64,000 nucleotides of DNA from Clostridia bacterium (lineage in GTDB: Bacteria > Bacillota > Clostridia > Christensenellales > QALW01): the NCBI GenBank assembly GCA_045652205.1, contig JAZRTX010000040.1:241-64240 (forward strand), given 5' to 3'. Shown in pieces: positions 48,067-58,165 of this stretch; position 1 is the stretch's first letter, and each line of letters begins with the position of its first letter. The notes below the pieces were generated by a model. It saw nothing but the letters and a program-made list of their open reading frames with translations. It made no database searches and had not been told where the DNA came from. Both the position numbers and the translations under genes were made by a program.

Positions 48067-48678
48067 ATGTTTAAAGAAATCAAAGAGTTGCTTCAGGCGT
48101 ACAAAGAACGTGACCCTGCGGCAACAAGTAATATAAGTATTTTTCTTTTGTATCCCGGTGTCCGCGCAGTTATTGACCATAGAATTGCCCATTGGTTTTA
48201 TAAGCATAAATGCTTTTATATTGCAAGGTCAATTTCCCAAAAGTCAAGAAAACGCACAGGCATTGAAATTCACCCTGGCGCAACTATCGGCAAACGCCTT
48301 GTAATAGATCACGGTATGGGTATTGTTATTGGTGAAACCACAATTATCGGTGATGATTGCCTTTTGTATCAGGGCGTAACCTTAGGCGGTTCAGGTAAAG
48401 AAAAGGGTAAGCGCCATCCCACTTTGGGTAACAACGTGCTTGTAGGTGCAGGGGCAAAGGTGCTTGGCTCGTTTACCATTGGCGATAATGCCCGAATTGC
48501 CGCAAACGCAGTAGTTTTAAACGAAATTCCTGCAAACGCAACGGCAGTGGGCGTTCCTGCCCGTGTTGTAAGGGTTAAAGGTAAAAAGGTTGATATGCTT
48601 GACCATATCCACGTACCCGATCCTGTTCAGCAAGCGCTTAAACAGATTAACGAACGTATTGATAAGTTAGAACAATAA
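48067..48678 (+). CDS. cysE: Serine O-acetyltransferase
   Basis: RDPAA, TGIEIHPGATIG, IDHGMG, GKRHPT. Confidence 0.93.
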   Translation: MFKEIKELLQAYKERDPAATSNISIFLLYPGVRAVIDHRIAHWFYKHKCFYIARSISQKSRKRTGIEIHPGATIGKRLVIDHGMGIVIGETTIIGDDCLLYQGVTLGGSGKEKGKRHPTLGNNVLVGAGAKVLGSFTIGDNARIAANAVVLNEIPANATAVGVPARVVRVKGKKVDMLDHIHVPDPVQQALKQINERIDKLEQ

Positions 48679-48721
48679 ATAATAAAAAAGGCAACTGCTT
48701 TTGCAGTTGCCTTCTTTTATT

Positions 48722-51094
48722 TTATCTTAATTTTGCACCAAAGCGATATTCAAGTGAACGAACTATCTTATCAAAGGCTTTTTGTGCTTCTTCAGCCTTT
48801 AAGGTGCGTTCAGGGTTAAGCATTGTAATATTAAATGCAACGCTCATTAAATTATCACCTAAACTTTCGCTCTTATAAATATCAAAGAGCTTAACGTCCT
48901 TAACAAGCTGACCGCCTGCTGATTTAATAGCATCAAGCATAGGTCCGATTTCCTGATTCTGATCAACTAAAACAGCAAGATCGCGTTCAATAGCAGGGTA
49001 TTTAGGAAGAGCCTTATAAAGCACTTTTGAAGATGCAATTGCAAAAATGTTCTGTAAATCTATCTGTGCAATCAAAGGTCTTGCATCAATACTGAACTTA
49101 TTTGCAACGTCAGGATGAATTTCACCTAAAACGCCTAAAACATTGTTGCCTGCTTTAATAACTGCTTGTCTGCCGGGGTGCATAAAGGGTTCAGTGCTTC
49201 TTTCGTAAGTAGCCTTAATGTTAAAGCGGTCAAAAATAGTTTCAACGATTGCTTTTAAAGTGTAGAAATCTTCCTTTTCACCCATAACGCCAAAGCAAAG
49301 AGTCTTTCTTTCTTCGGGTTGTTCTTGAACAGGTAAGCTTTTTGGAATAAATAATTTGCTTATTTCAAACAAGCGCATATTTAAAGCACCCTTATTAAAG
49401 TTCGTACCCATAACAGTAAGCATACTTGAAAAAAGTTGAGTACGCATAATTGAGTAATCTTCGCCTAATGGGTTAATAAGCTTAACTGTATTTTCTGAAG
49501 AAATACCAAGCATATCGTAAGCCTTTTGCGAAATAAATGAATAAGTTGCAATCTCATTTAAGCCAAGGCTAACAAGAATTTCCTTAACAGTATCACTCAT
49601 TAAGTGCTGTTTAGTTTTAGTACCCCTTGTAAGCACGCCTGAAAGTGGACGTGAAATAATATGGTCGTAACCGTAAACGCGGATAATTTCTTCTGAAATA
49701 TCGTGTACACCTTCAATATCATCACGGCGTGAAGGAATTGTGCAGATAATTACGTCATTCTTTAATTCAGCCTTAATACCAAGATTTTTAAGGATAGTAA
49801 GAATAACGTCAGTAGGAACGGTGATACCTAAAAGCTCTTCAATACGGCTTAAAGGAGCTTCAATAATTTTTTCTTCAGGTAATTTTTCGTAAATATCGGG
49901 ATTCCAGCTTGTTACGTCGCCTGCGTTTAATTCATCAATAAGATTTAATGCGCGTTTAAGTGCGAACTCACAGGTTGCCGCATCAACACCCTTTTCAAAA
50001 CGTGAGCTTGATTCAGTTGCAATACCTAACGTCCTTGCAGTTTTTCTGATACTGTCACGGCGGAATTTAGCAGATTCAAAGAAAATACCTGTGGTGGTTT
50101 CTTTAATCTCACTGTTTTCACCACCCATAACGCCTGCAATACCAACTGCTCTTTCTTTATCTGCAATAACAAGCATTTCATTATTTAAAACGTGTTCTTT
50201 TGAATCTAATGTGGTAAGGTTTTCACCTTCTTTTGCTCTGCGAACGATGATTTCCTGTCCGCCAATATCGTTAATATCAAAAGCGTGCATTGGCTGACCT
50301 GTTTCAAGCATAACAAAGTTAGTAATATCAACAATGTTGTTAATGGGACGCATACCTGCAGAAAGCAAGCAATCTGCCATCCACTTTGGTGATGGTGCAA
50401 TTCTTATATTTTCAACCGTTGCGCCAACGTATCTTGAACAAAGGTCAAAATCTTCAACTGTAACCTTTATAGGAGTTTCAGTATCCTTTTTAACGGTGTA
50501 GGAAATTTCAGGTAATTTGATTTCCTTGTTTAAGCAAACTGCAACCTCGCGGGCAATACCTAAAACTGAATTACAGTCAGGGCGGTTAGAGGTTATTGAA
50601 AAATCAATAACGCAGTCGTCAGCACCGATAACAGTGTTCATATCCGTGCCGGGCGCCCATTTTTCATCTAAAATCATAATGCCGTTAACGTCGCAATTGG
50701 GGAAGCCACTGCCAAGTAAGCAAAGTTCTTCACCTGAACACATCATACCAAAGGAAGCAACACCGCGTAATTTGCCCTTTTTAATATGCATACCGTTTGG
50801 TAAATGTGAATCATTTAATGCAGCGGGAACCGTAGCGCCAACAAAAACGTTCTGTGCGCCTGTTACAATCTGCATGTTTTCTTCCTGACCAACGTTAAGC
50901 TGACAAATCTGCAAATGATCTGAATCAGGATGCTTTTCAATTTCTAAAATTTTACCTACAACAACGTTAGACATAACACTTGCTTTTTCAATGCCTTCAA
51001 CCTCAAAACCCTGTGAGGTCATTTTATCGCATAAAATTTCAGGTATTACGTCAATATCAACGTATCTTTTTAACCAATTAAGTGAAACTTTCAT
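48722..51094 (-). CDS. pheT: Phenylalanyl-tRNA synthetase beta subunit
   Basis: NRPDCNSVLGIARE, ETGQPMHAFD, SSRFEKG, C-terminal FDX-ACB domain. Confidence 0.97.
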   Translation of the reverse strand: MKVSLNWLKRYVDIDVIPEILCDKMTSQGFEVEGIEKASVMSNVVVGKILEIEKHPDSDHLQICQLNVGQEENMQIVTGAQNVFVGATVPAALNDSHLPNGMHIKKGKLRGVASFGMMCSGEELCLLGSGFPNCDVNGIMILDEKWAPGTDMNTVIGADDCVIDFSITSNRPDCNSVLGIAREVAVCLNKEIKLPEISYTVKKDTETPIKVTVEDFDLCSRYVGATVENIRIAPSPKWMADCLLSAGMRPINNIVDITNFVMLETGQPMHAFDINDIGGQEIIVRRAKEGENLTTLDSKEHVLNNEMLVIADKERAVGIAGVMGGENSEIKETTTGIFFESAKFRRDSIRKTARTLGIATESSSRFEKGVDAATCEFALKRALNLIDELNAGDVTSWNPDIYEKLPEEKIIEAPLSRIEELLGITVPTDVILTILKNLGIKAELKNDVIICTIPSRRDDIEGVHDISEEIIRVYGYDHIISRPLSGVLTRGTKTKQHLMSDTVKEILVSLGLNEIATYSFISQKAYDMLGISSENTVKLINPLGEDYSIMRTQLFSSMLTVMGTNFNKGALNMRLFEISKLFIPKSLPVQEQPEERKTLCFGVMGEKEDFYTLKAIVETIFDRFNIKATYERSTEPFMHPGRQAVIKAGNNVLGVLGEIHPDVANKFSIDARPLIAQIDLQNIFAIASSKVLYKALPKYPAIERDLAVLVDQNQEIGPMLDAIKSAGGQLVKDVKLFDIYKSESLGDNLMSVAFNITMLNPERTLKAEEAQKAFDKIVRSLEYRFGAKLR

Positions 51095-51108
51095 TTTTCT
51101 TTTCCCCC

Positions 51109-52131
51109 TTATTTAAACTGCTTAAGGAAACGAATATCGTTTTCAAAAACAAGGCGAAGATCAGGAATCTTAAAGCTTGTGGTAGTAATACGGTCAATAC
51201 CGATACCAAAAGCGAAGCCTGAATAAACCTCAGGGTCAATACCGCATTCCCTTAAAACGTTGGGGTGAACGATACCTGCGCCTAAAATTTCAATCCAGCC
51301 TGTGCCTTTACATACTCTGCAACCCTTACCGCCGCATTCTGAACAGGAAAGGTCAACCTCAACGCTGGGCTCAGTAAAGGGGAAGAATGATGGGCGGAAC
51401 TTAACTTTTACGTCAGGACCGTACATTTCGTGTGCAAATTCTTCTAAAACGTATTTTAAGTGGCAAAGGTTAATGCCCTTATCAACAACAAGACCTTCAA
51501 GCTGATGGAAAACAGGTGAGTGTGTTGCATCAACCTCGTCAGCGCGGTAAACACGCCCCGGGCAGATAACACGGATAGGAACATTACGTGTTTTCATTGT
51601 ACGGATCTGCGCCGCAGAAGTCTGTGTTCTTAAAAGAAGATTTTTTGCAATATAGAAGGTATCCTGCATATCCCTTGCAGGATGGTCTTCGGGCAGGTTA
51701 AGTGCCTTAAAGTTGTAGTAATCTGTTTCAACTTCAGGTCCGTCAACAATATCAAAGCCCATGCTTCTAAAAATTTCACACATTCTTTCCTGTGTTAAGG
51801 AAAGGGGATGAAGTGTGCCTCTATTTTCAGGGCTTGCAGGAATAGTAACGTCAATAACCTCATTCTTTAACTGTTCCTGTCTTTTTAAAGAATTAAGCTC
51901 GTCCTTTTTATTTTGAATTGAGCCTTCAATCAAGGTTCTTAATTCATTAACCTTTTGTCCCATAACGGGTCTTTCTTCAGGGTTTAACGAACCCATCATT
52001 TTTGAAATCTCAGTTAATTCGCCTTTTTTTCCGCAGAAAGCAACTCTTAAAGCATCAAGATCGTTAAGATCCTTAATGTTTTTAAGCTGTTCTTCAAAGC
52101 GAGTCTTTGCGCCTGTTAATTTTTCAAGCAT
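51109..52131 (-). CDS. pheS: Phenylalanyl-tRNA synthetase alpha subunit
   Basis: HPARDMQDTFY, RPSFFPFTEPS, GFAFGIG; start at 52131 with GGAGG RBS. Confidence 0.97.
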   Translation of the reverse strand: MLEKLTGAKTRFEEQLKNIKDLNDLDALRVAFCGKKGELTEISKMMGSLNPEERPVMGQKVNELRTLIEGSIQNKKDELNSLKRQEQLKNEVIDVTIPASPENRGTLHPLSLTQERMCEIFRSMGFDIVDGPEVETDYYNFKALNLPEDHPARDMQDTFYIAKNLLLRTQTSAAQIRTMKTRNVPIRVICPGRVYRADEVDATHSPVFHQLEGLVVDKGINLCHLKYVLEEFAHEMYGPDVKVKFRPSFFPFTEPSVEVDLSCSECGGKGCRVCKGTGWIEILGAGIVHPNVLRECGIDPEVYSGFAFGIGIDRITTTSFKIPDLRLVFENDIRFLKQFK

Positions 52132-52144
52132 ATTAAAACCTCCT

Positions 52145-52378
52145 AAAAAATAAAAAAAGACCTTTCGCCAAGGGACGAAAGATCGTGGTACCACCCTAAT
52201 TCACACTCAAACAAGTGCCTCAACAACGTAACGGTGTTGCTCCGCCCAAGCCTACTAAGATTTCAACAAGGGAACTCCAAAGGGAACTTCACTTAATAAA
52301 ACGTAAAGGCTCTTACACCAAACAAGCCTCTCTCTGTGTGCGCTTTGAAAAAGCTACTTTCCTTTTTCACAGTCTTTA
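52145..52378 (-). ncRNA. T-box riboswitch (Phe specifier UUC)
   Basis: Minus strand AGAGA/GGTG stem-I motifs, GAAG-TTC-CCT specifier, AATTAGGGTGGTACCACG T-box, then terminator and T run. Confidence 0.93.
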
Positions 52379-52431
52379 ATTATTTACAGAAAGTATTTTA
52401 GCATAAGGTTAAATTTTGTGCAAGCGTTTTT

Positions 52432-53283
52432 TTAAACTATATCGTTTACGGCGCTTTTAAAGAAAACAGTATTTTTTTGGTTTTCTAATAATTTTTCCAA
52501 ATCATAAGTTTTTTGATTTTCAATAACGCAAACAATCATCTTTTTATCCGTGCCTGAAAGTGCGCCGTGTGCATCCATTATAGTGGCAGTACGTTTAATC
52601 TTATTAAAGATTTCTTTTGTTAAAGTTTCAGCATCGCTTGTGATGATTTCATATTTAACCATCTTTGTTGCGCCTGCGCGGATATTGTTAGAAATAGTTG
52701 AAGTGATAAAGGAATAAATAATACTGCAAATAACAGGGTCTGCCTTAAAATCGTAAACAAAGTAAGAAAGCAAAGCAATACACATATTTATAACAAAAAT
52801 AACGTTCATTAAATTAAGGTACGGCTTATAGTGTTTTACTATTGCGGCAATTATATCAGTGCCACCGCTACAGGCGTTTATCTTAAGGGTAAAGGCGTAT
52901 AAAATACCCCTGATAGCGCCTGCTGCGATGGGAGCAAGCACGGTAGAAGTGCTTGTTTCGGTGTAATAGATAAAGTCTGAAAGATCAGCATTTCTTAAAA
53001 TAATGTTAAAAACTGAAAAGCTTACAACGTAAACGGCAGTTTTAATAACGAATTCCTTTTTTAATAACAAGTATCCAATAATTAAAAGGGGAATATTTAC
53101 TAAAAGCGCAAAATAACCGATGGAAATATCCGTTAAATCCTGTATCATTGTGCAGATACCGTCAACACCTGCGGGTGCAAAGCTGTTGGGGAAAACAAAT
53201 ATAGCATAGTTAAGCGCCGATAAAAAAGAAATTACAGGTAAAAGTAAATATTCAAATGTCTTTTTAACAACGTCTTTTTTCAT
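52432..53283 (-). CDS. YitT-family membrane protein
   Basis: FAPAGVDG, VNIPLL, SGGTDII. Confidence 0.88.
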   Translation of the reverse strand: MKKDVVKKTFEYLLLPVISFLSALNYAIFVFPNSFAPAGVDGICTMIQDLTDISIGYFALLVNIPLLIIGYLLLKKEFVIKTAVYVVSFSVFNIILRNADLSDFIYYTETSTSTVLAPIAAGAIRGILYAFTLKINACSGGTDIIAAIVKHYKPYLNLMNVIFVINMCIALLSYFVYDFKADPVICSIIYSFITSTISNNIRAGATKMVKYEIITSDAETLTKEIFNKIKRTATIMDAHGALSGTDKKMIVCVIENQKTYDLEKLLENQKNTVFFKSAVNDIV

Positions 53284-53385
53284 TTTTGCAGTTCCTTAAA
53301 ACTTTAATCTTGACCATATTATAAAACTCTGTTATCATATAGGCAAATACTAATAAATTATAATATTTATAGAAAAAAACTATGG

Positions 53386-54339
53386 GTGAAAAATATGTTT
53401 AAAAAGTACGAATACGTTTACGCAGTATATCAAACAGGTAGTTTTACAAAGGCGGCGCAAAGCCTTTATATTTCGCAGCCATCTTTAAGCGTTGCCATAC
53501 AAAATATTGAAAAAGAGGTAGGCGCACCGCTTTTTGAAAGGGCAGGAACAAAGGTAATATTAACCGAAATCGGTGAAGAATATATTAAAGCTACCAAAAA
53601 AATAATGAACGTTCAAAAGGAGTTTGAAAACCGCTTAAACGATATTTATTCTTTGGAAACAGGTGAAATAACGGTAGGGGGAACGAACTATCTTTCTTCT
53701 TACGTTTTACCAAAGGTGATAAATAAGTTTTCAAGCCTTTATCCGAAGGTAAAAGTAAATCTTGTTGAAGCCAATTCAAAAAATCTTGTTGATATGATGC
53801 TTAACGAAAACGTTGACGTTATTGTTGACAGCTTTGATGAAAATATGGATCAGTACGTTGGGCATCGCCTGAAAAATGAAGAGATATTCTTATGCGTGCC
53901 AAAGGAATTTTCAATAAACGAAAAGATGCAGGAATATAAAATTCTGCCACATCAGATATATGAAAATTCAGTAAATTTAGAAGACGTTCCGCCTGTTGAT
54001 ATAAAAGCCTTTAAAAAAGAGCCTTTTATTTTATTAAAAAACGGCAACGATATGTTTTACCGCGCCCAGAGTATTTTTGAAAAGGCAAAGGTTTCACCAA
54101 GGGTGCTTTTAAGCGTTGATCAGATGAATATTTCCTATTCTCTTTGCGATTCAGGAATGGGTTGTTGCTTTTTAACAGATACGCTTTTTAAATTCGGTAA
54201 ATTTTCCGATAGCGTTATTCTTTATAAGGTGGAAAAAAGGCATAGTACCCGAACTCTTTACATTGCACATAAAAAGAATATTTACATAAAAAAAGCATCA
54301 CAGAAATTCATTGAGCTTGCTAAACAAATGATAAAATGA
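53386..54339 (+). CDS. LysR-family transcriptional regulator
   Basis: GSFTKAAQSLYISQPSLS...LFER. Confidence 0.95.
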   Translation: MKNMFKKYEYVYAVYQTGSFTKAAQSLYISQPSLSVAIQNIEKEVGAPLFERAGTKVILTEIGEEYIKATKKIMNVQKEFENRLNDIYSLETGEITVGGTNYLSSYVLPKVINKFSSLYPKVKVNLVEANSKNLVDMMLNENVDVIVDSFDENMDQYVGHRLKNEEIFLCVPKEFSINEKMQEYKILPHQIYENSVNLEDVPPVDIKAFKKEPFILLKNGNDMFYRAQSIFEKAKVSPRVLLSVDQMNISYSLCDSGMGCCFLTDTLFKFGKFSDSVILYKVEKRHSTRTLYIAHKKNIYIKKASQKFIELAKQMIK

Positions 54340-54398
54340 TTTTTGTTGAAATTTAGAATGAAATATTATATAATATAATTTTAGAAAGGATCGTAGTT

Positions 54399-55109
54399 AT
54401 GGAAAAGCTGTTTGTTGTTTCTGATATACACGGGCATTATACTTTATTAAAAGAAGCTTTAATAAAAAGCGGTTTTGATAAAGATAATCCTGAGCATAAA
54501 ATAATCTGCTTAGGCGATTATTTTGATAGGGGAAGCGAAAACAAGCTTGTTTTAAAGTTTTTTGAACGCATTCAAAACAAAGTGCTTTTAATGGGTAACC
54601 ATGAAGAGCTTTTACTTAAACTGCTTGAAACAGGCAAGGTTTTACCCCATAATTACATAAACGGAACAATTCAAACCTTGCAGGAATTTTTCGGCAAATA
54701 TTGTATTGACCCTAATGATGACACCGTTGATTTTTCAGGCAAAACAAGTGAAGTTAAGCGTATTTGCGATTTTATCAACGAAACGGTTAATTATTATGAA
54801 ACCGATGAATACGTTTTCGTTCACGGTTTTTTACCAACGGTTGATTATAAAAAAGCAACGGATGAAGATTGGCAAAAAGCGCGATGGCTAAGATGGTCCG
54901 AAGCCTATACAGGTGAAAGACCGTTAAAAGATAAAATTCTTGTGTGCGGTCACATGCCTACGTTGATTGCAAGATTATTTGATAGTTCACGCCCAATGGG
55001 CGATACAAGTATTTATTATGGTAACGGGCTTATCGCCCTTGATGCAGGAACTGCTGATTCAAAACAAATAAACGTTTTAGTAATAGAAAATAATACAAAG
55101 GAAGTATAA
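54399..55109 (+). CDS. Calcineurin-like metallophosphoesterase (PPP/ApaH-like)
   Basis: SDIHG, LGDYFDRG, GNHE, FVHG, CGH. Confidence 0.92.
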   Translation: MEKLFVVSDIHGHYTLLKEALIKSGFDKDNPEHKIICLGDYFDRGSENKLVLKFFERIQNKVLLMGNHEELLLKLLETGKVLPHNYINGTIQTLQEFFGKYCIDPNDDTVDFSGKTSEVKRICDFINETVNYYETDEYVFVHGFLPTVDYKKATDEDWQKARWLRWSEAYTGERPLKDKILVCGHMPTLIARLFDSSRPMGDTSIYYGNGLIALDAGTADSKQINVLVIENNTKEV

Positions 55110-55112
55110 ATT

Positions 55113-57854
55113 ATGGCATTATTTAATTCTGAAGATTATATTAAAAAGGTAATGGAATCTGAAAATATTGACGATTGTCCCAAAGTGCCCATACCTGAAA
55201 TTGAAGAAAAACAGAATTACATATTTATCAGCTATTCCCACAGGGATTATAAACAGGTTTTTTCTGATTTAGCGTTAATGTACGAAAAAGGCGTGCGTTT
55301 TTGGTACGATTACGATCTTAAAGCAGGCAAAAACTGGAATAAGGAAGCCTTTAAAAAGATACGCGATCCCCGTTGCAGCGGTGTTATTTTCTATTTAAGC
55401 GAAAATCTGTTTTTAAGCCAATCGGTTATTGAAGAAATCCGTATAACCTTAGGATTAGATGACGATAATCAGCAAACTGACGACCCTGTAAACTATTTTA
55501 GTGTAAACTTAACTGAAAACAGACCTTCTGATATTATTTTTAAAGCAAGGGCGAGTATGACTGATGAAGAATGGAACGCAAGGGGATACGATGGTGATTG
55601 GAACTTAACCCTTTTAACTGCATTCAGGGATAAGGCAACCTACGTTAAATTTAATACCCCTGATCATAATGCACAGCTTATTACACAAATCAAAAAGAAT
55701 TTTAACGTTATGGATGATTCAAGCAGTAAGCAGGGCAAATACGAAGGCGAAATGCTTAACGGTAAACGTCACGGCTTTGGTAAGGCGGTTTACGATAACG
55801 GCACTGTTTACGAAGGCTACTGGGAAAATGATCAAAGGCACGGCAAGGGAAAATATATTTATCCTGAAAGCAATAAAGCCGAGTATTTTGAAGGAACTTT
55901 TGTTAATGACGTTATTCAGGGCTATGGCGTGTATCAGTTAAGAAGCGGTACAAAGTATGAAGGTAATTTTACTGATGGTAAAACCACAGGTGATTTTACA
56001 GTAAACTATAATAACGGTGAAGTTTATATCGGTCAGCTTGTAAACGCCAAACGTCATGGCAAAGGTAAACTTACTTATAATAAGGATGATAACCGCGATT
56101 ATTACGAAGGCGATTGGGATAACGAAAATCGTCATGGTGAAGGCACTCTTGTTTGGAAAAGCGGTCAAAAATATACAGGCCAGTGGGGAAGTAACGTGCT
56201 TAACGGCAAAGGAAGAATGGATTTTACCGAAAAAACCACGTGGCTTTATCACGAGGGTGAATATAAAAACGATAAGCGCAACGGCTTTGGCAAAATGGAA
56301 TACCGTAATGGCGAAACTTGGGAAGGCGAATTTAAAGACGATAATAAATATAACGGCACCGGCACGGTAGATTACAGTGACGGTAAGATTTACACAGGTG
56401 AATTCAAAGATGGTAAGCGCAACGGCTTTGGTAAATGCGTTTATTCTAGCGGCAGAATCTACGAAGGTCAGTGGAAAGATAATCTGTGGCACGGAACAGG
56501 CAAAGTTACTTATGAAACAGGTAATAAATGGATTTCCTATGAAGGTGAGGTTAATGAAGACAAAATTACCGGCATAGGTAAAATTACTTATGCAGAAAGT
56601 AGTAATATGTCAACCTACGAAGGCGGTATGCTTGAAGCATTACGTCACGGTGAAGGTACTTTAATCTGGAAAAACGGCGCAACTTTTACAGGTTATTGGG
56701 AAAAGGATAAAAGGGAAGGCAACGGCCGTCTTGATTACGAAGAAACTAACGATTGGCTTTATCACGAGGGTGAGTATAAAAACGATAAGCGTGAAGGCTA
56801 TGGTAAAATGGAATACCGCAACGGTGATTCCTGGGAAGGCACTTGGAAAGAAGGCAACAGATATACAGGGGTAGGTACAGTAATTTATACCAGCGGAAAC
56901 AAATATACCGGTGAACTTAAAGAAAAGAATTACCATGGTCAAGGCACGCTTATCTACACTAACGGTGAAACCTATACGGGCGAATTTAAAAATGATAAGT
57001 ATGATGGCAAGGGCAAACTTGTTTATTCTAAAAACGCTAACGTTATTTCTTATGAAGGCGATTTTAAGCAAGGTAAACGCCAGGGCTACGGAAAACTGAT
57101 TTTTGCTAATGGTGACGTTTATGAAGGACAATGGTTGTCAGATAATCGCCACGGCTATGGCGTAACCACTTATGCTATGAACAGAGGCTTATATAAAACA
57201 CACAAGGGCAGATGGTCTAACAGCAAGATGTGGTTTTACGGCGAATATGTTATGCTTGATGATTCAAAAAGAACGGGTATGTTTGAAGATAATATGCTCA
57301 ACGGCCCCGGTTTAATTGTAAATAAGTTTGGCAAAGAAAAACACGTAATATGGAAAAACGGTGCGATAGACCCTAAAACCAATAAGTTTACAGATTGGTT
57401 ATGGAATTCTATGCAGGGTAACTACGGTTACACAGGTGAATTAAAGGATGGCTTTCCCGATGGCTTTGGCGTATACCGTTACGATGACGGAAGCGTTTAT
57501 GAAGGCGACTTTAAACAAGGCAATTTTGAAGGTTTTGGTCGTTTAGTCTTTAAAACAGGCAAGGAATGTATCGGCGATTTTAAAAACGGTAAGCTTAACG
57601 GAAAATGTTCAATAAACAATGGTAATTGGAAATACGTTGGTCAGTGTGTTGATGATGAGATGCACGGTGAAGGCGAATTACACATAAAATTCTATTGTTA
57701 TAGCGGAACATTTGAACATAATAAGCCAAAGGGTGAAGGCTACATAACAGGCATTTCGGGCAATAAATATAAGTTTATTGATGGCGTTTGTCAGGACGAA
57801 AAAGCAGCCGAGCCGATAAAAAATTTCTTTAAAACAAATATTACTTTAAGATAA
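55113..57854 (+). CDS. TIR-domain protein fused to a long MORN-repeat array
   Basis: YIFISYSHRD...VRFWYD...SQSVIEEI TIR_2-like domain with conserved Glu, followed by many YEGxWxNxxRHGxG repeats. Confidence 0.9.
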   Translation: MALFNSEDYIKKVMESENIDDCPKVPIPEIEEKQNYIFISYSHRDYKQVFSDLALMYEKGVRFWYDYDLKAGKNWNKEAFKKIRDPRCSGVIFYLSENLFLSQSVIEEIRITLGLDDDNQQTDDPVNYFSVNLTENRPSDIIFKARASMTDEEWNARGYDGDWNLTLLTAFRDKATYVKFNTPDHNAQLITQIKKNFNVMDDSSSKQGKYEGEMLNGKRHGFGKAVYDNGTVYEGYWENDQRHGKGKYIYPESNKAEYFEGTFVNDVIQGYGVYQLRSGTKYEGNFTDGKTTGDFTVNYNNGEVYIGQLVNAKRHGKGKLTYNKDDNRDYYEGDWDNENRHGEGTLVWKSGQKYTGQWGSNVLNGKGRMDFTEKTTWLYHEGEYKNDKRNGFGKMEYRNGETWEGEFKDDNKYNGTGTVDYSDGKIYTGEFKDGKRNGFGKCVYSSGRIYEGQWKDNLWHGTGKVTYETGNKWISYEGEVNEDKITGIGKITYAESSNMSTYEGGMLEALRHGEGTLIWKNGATFTGYWEKDKREGNGRLDYEETNDWLYHEGEYKNDKREGYGKMEYRNGDSWEGTWKEGNRYTGVGTVIYTSGNKYTGELKEKNYHGQGTLIYTNGETYTGEFKNDKYDGKGKLVYSKNANVISYEGDFKQGKRQGYGKLIFANGDVYEGQWLSDNRHGYGVTTYAMNRGLYKTHKGRWSNSKMWFYGEYVMLDDSKRTGMFEDNMLNGPGLIVNKFGKEKHVIWKNGAIDPKTNKFTDWLWNSMQGNYGYTGELKDGFPDGFGVYRYDDGSVYEGDFKQGNFEGFGRLVFKTGKECIGDFKNGKLNGKCSINNGNWKYVGQCVDDEMHGEGELHIKFYCYSGTFEHNKPKGEGYITGISGNKYKFIDGVCQDEKAAEPIKNFFKTNITLR

Positions 57855-57890
57855 AAAATCGCAACCTGAAAAGGTTGCGATTTTTTTATT
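57853..57890. terminator. Bidirectional terminator shared by the TIR-MORN and RyR operons
   Basis: AAAAAATCGCAACC-TGAAAA-GGTTGCGATTTTTT. Confidence 0.85.
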
Positions 57891-58164
57891 TTTCAATTTT
57901 ATAACCAAGGGAAATTATAACCTTTAAGGTTTCCAAGGCAGTGTTGCGGTCATAGTCTTTTTCTATTTCAGGCAATTCTTCGTAAGGCACAAGGCAAGGT
58001 GTTTCTTTTTTTATATCGTCACGTTTTTCACCGTATTTCCAGCCTTCGTTTATTCTGTTTTTTGCCCAAACGTCATGAACGTTTTCTGCAATTTTTTCAG
58101 TTAGTTCTTTTAATTCAGGGGATAAAACAATATCTTTTGTGTCAATAGGCTTTGGATTAAACAT
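57886..58164 (-). CDS. Stand-alone RyR (ryanodine-receptor repeat) domain protein
   Basis: NPKPIDT...EKIAENVHDVWAKNRINEGWKYG...PCLVPYEELPEIEKDYDR. Confidence 0.9.
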   Translation of the reverse strand: MFNPKPIDTKDIVLSPELKELTEKIAENVHDVWAKNRINEGWKYGEKRDDIKKETPCLVPYEELPEIEKDYDRNTALETLKVIISLGYKIEK

Positions 58165-58165
58165 A

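Noticed and set aside
55740..57780. CRISPR array or DGR template/variable repeats in the repetitive region
   Set aside because: The repeats are in-frame MORN coding units, the differences are not adenine-specific, and no reverse transcriptase or cas gene is present.
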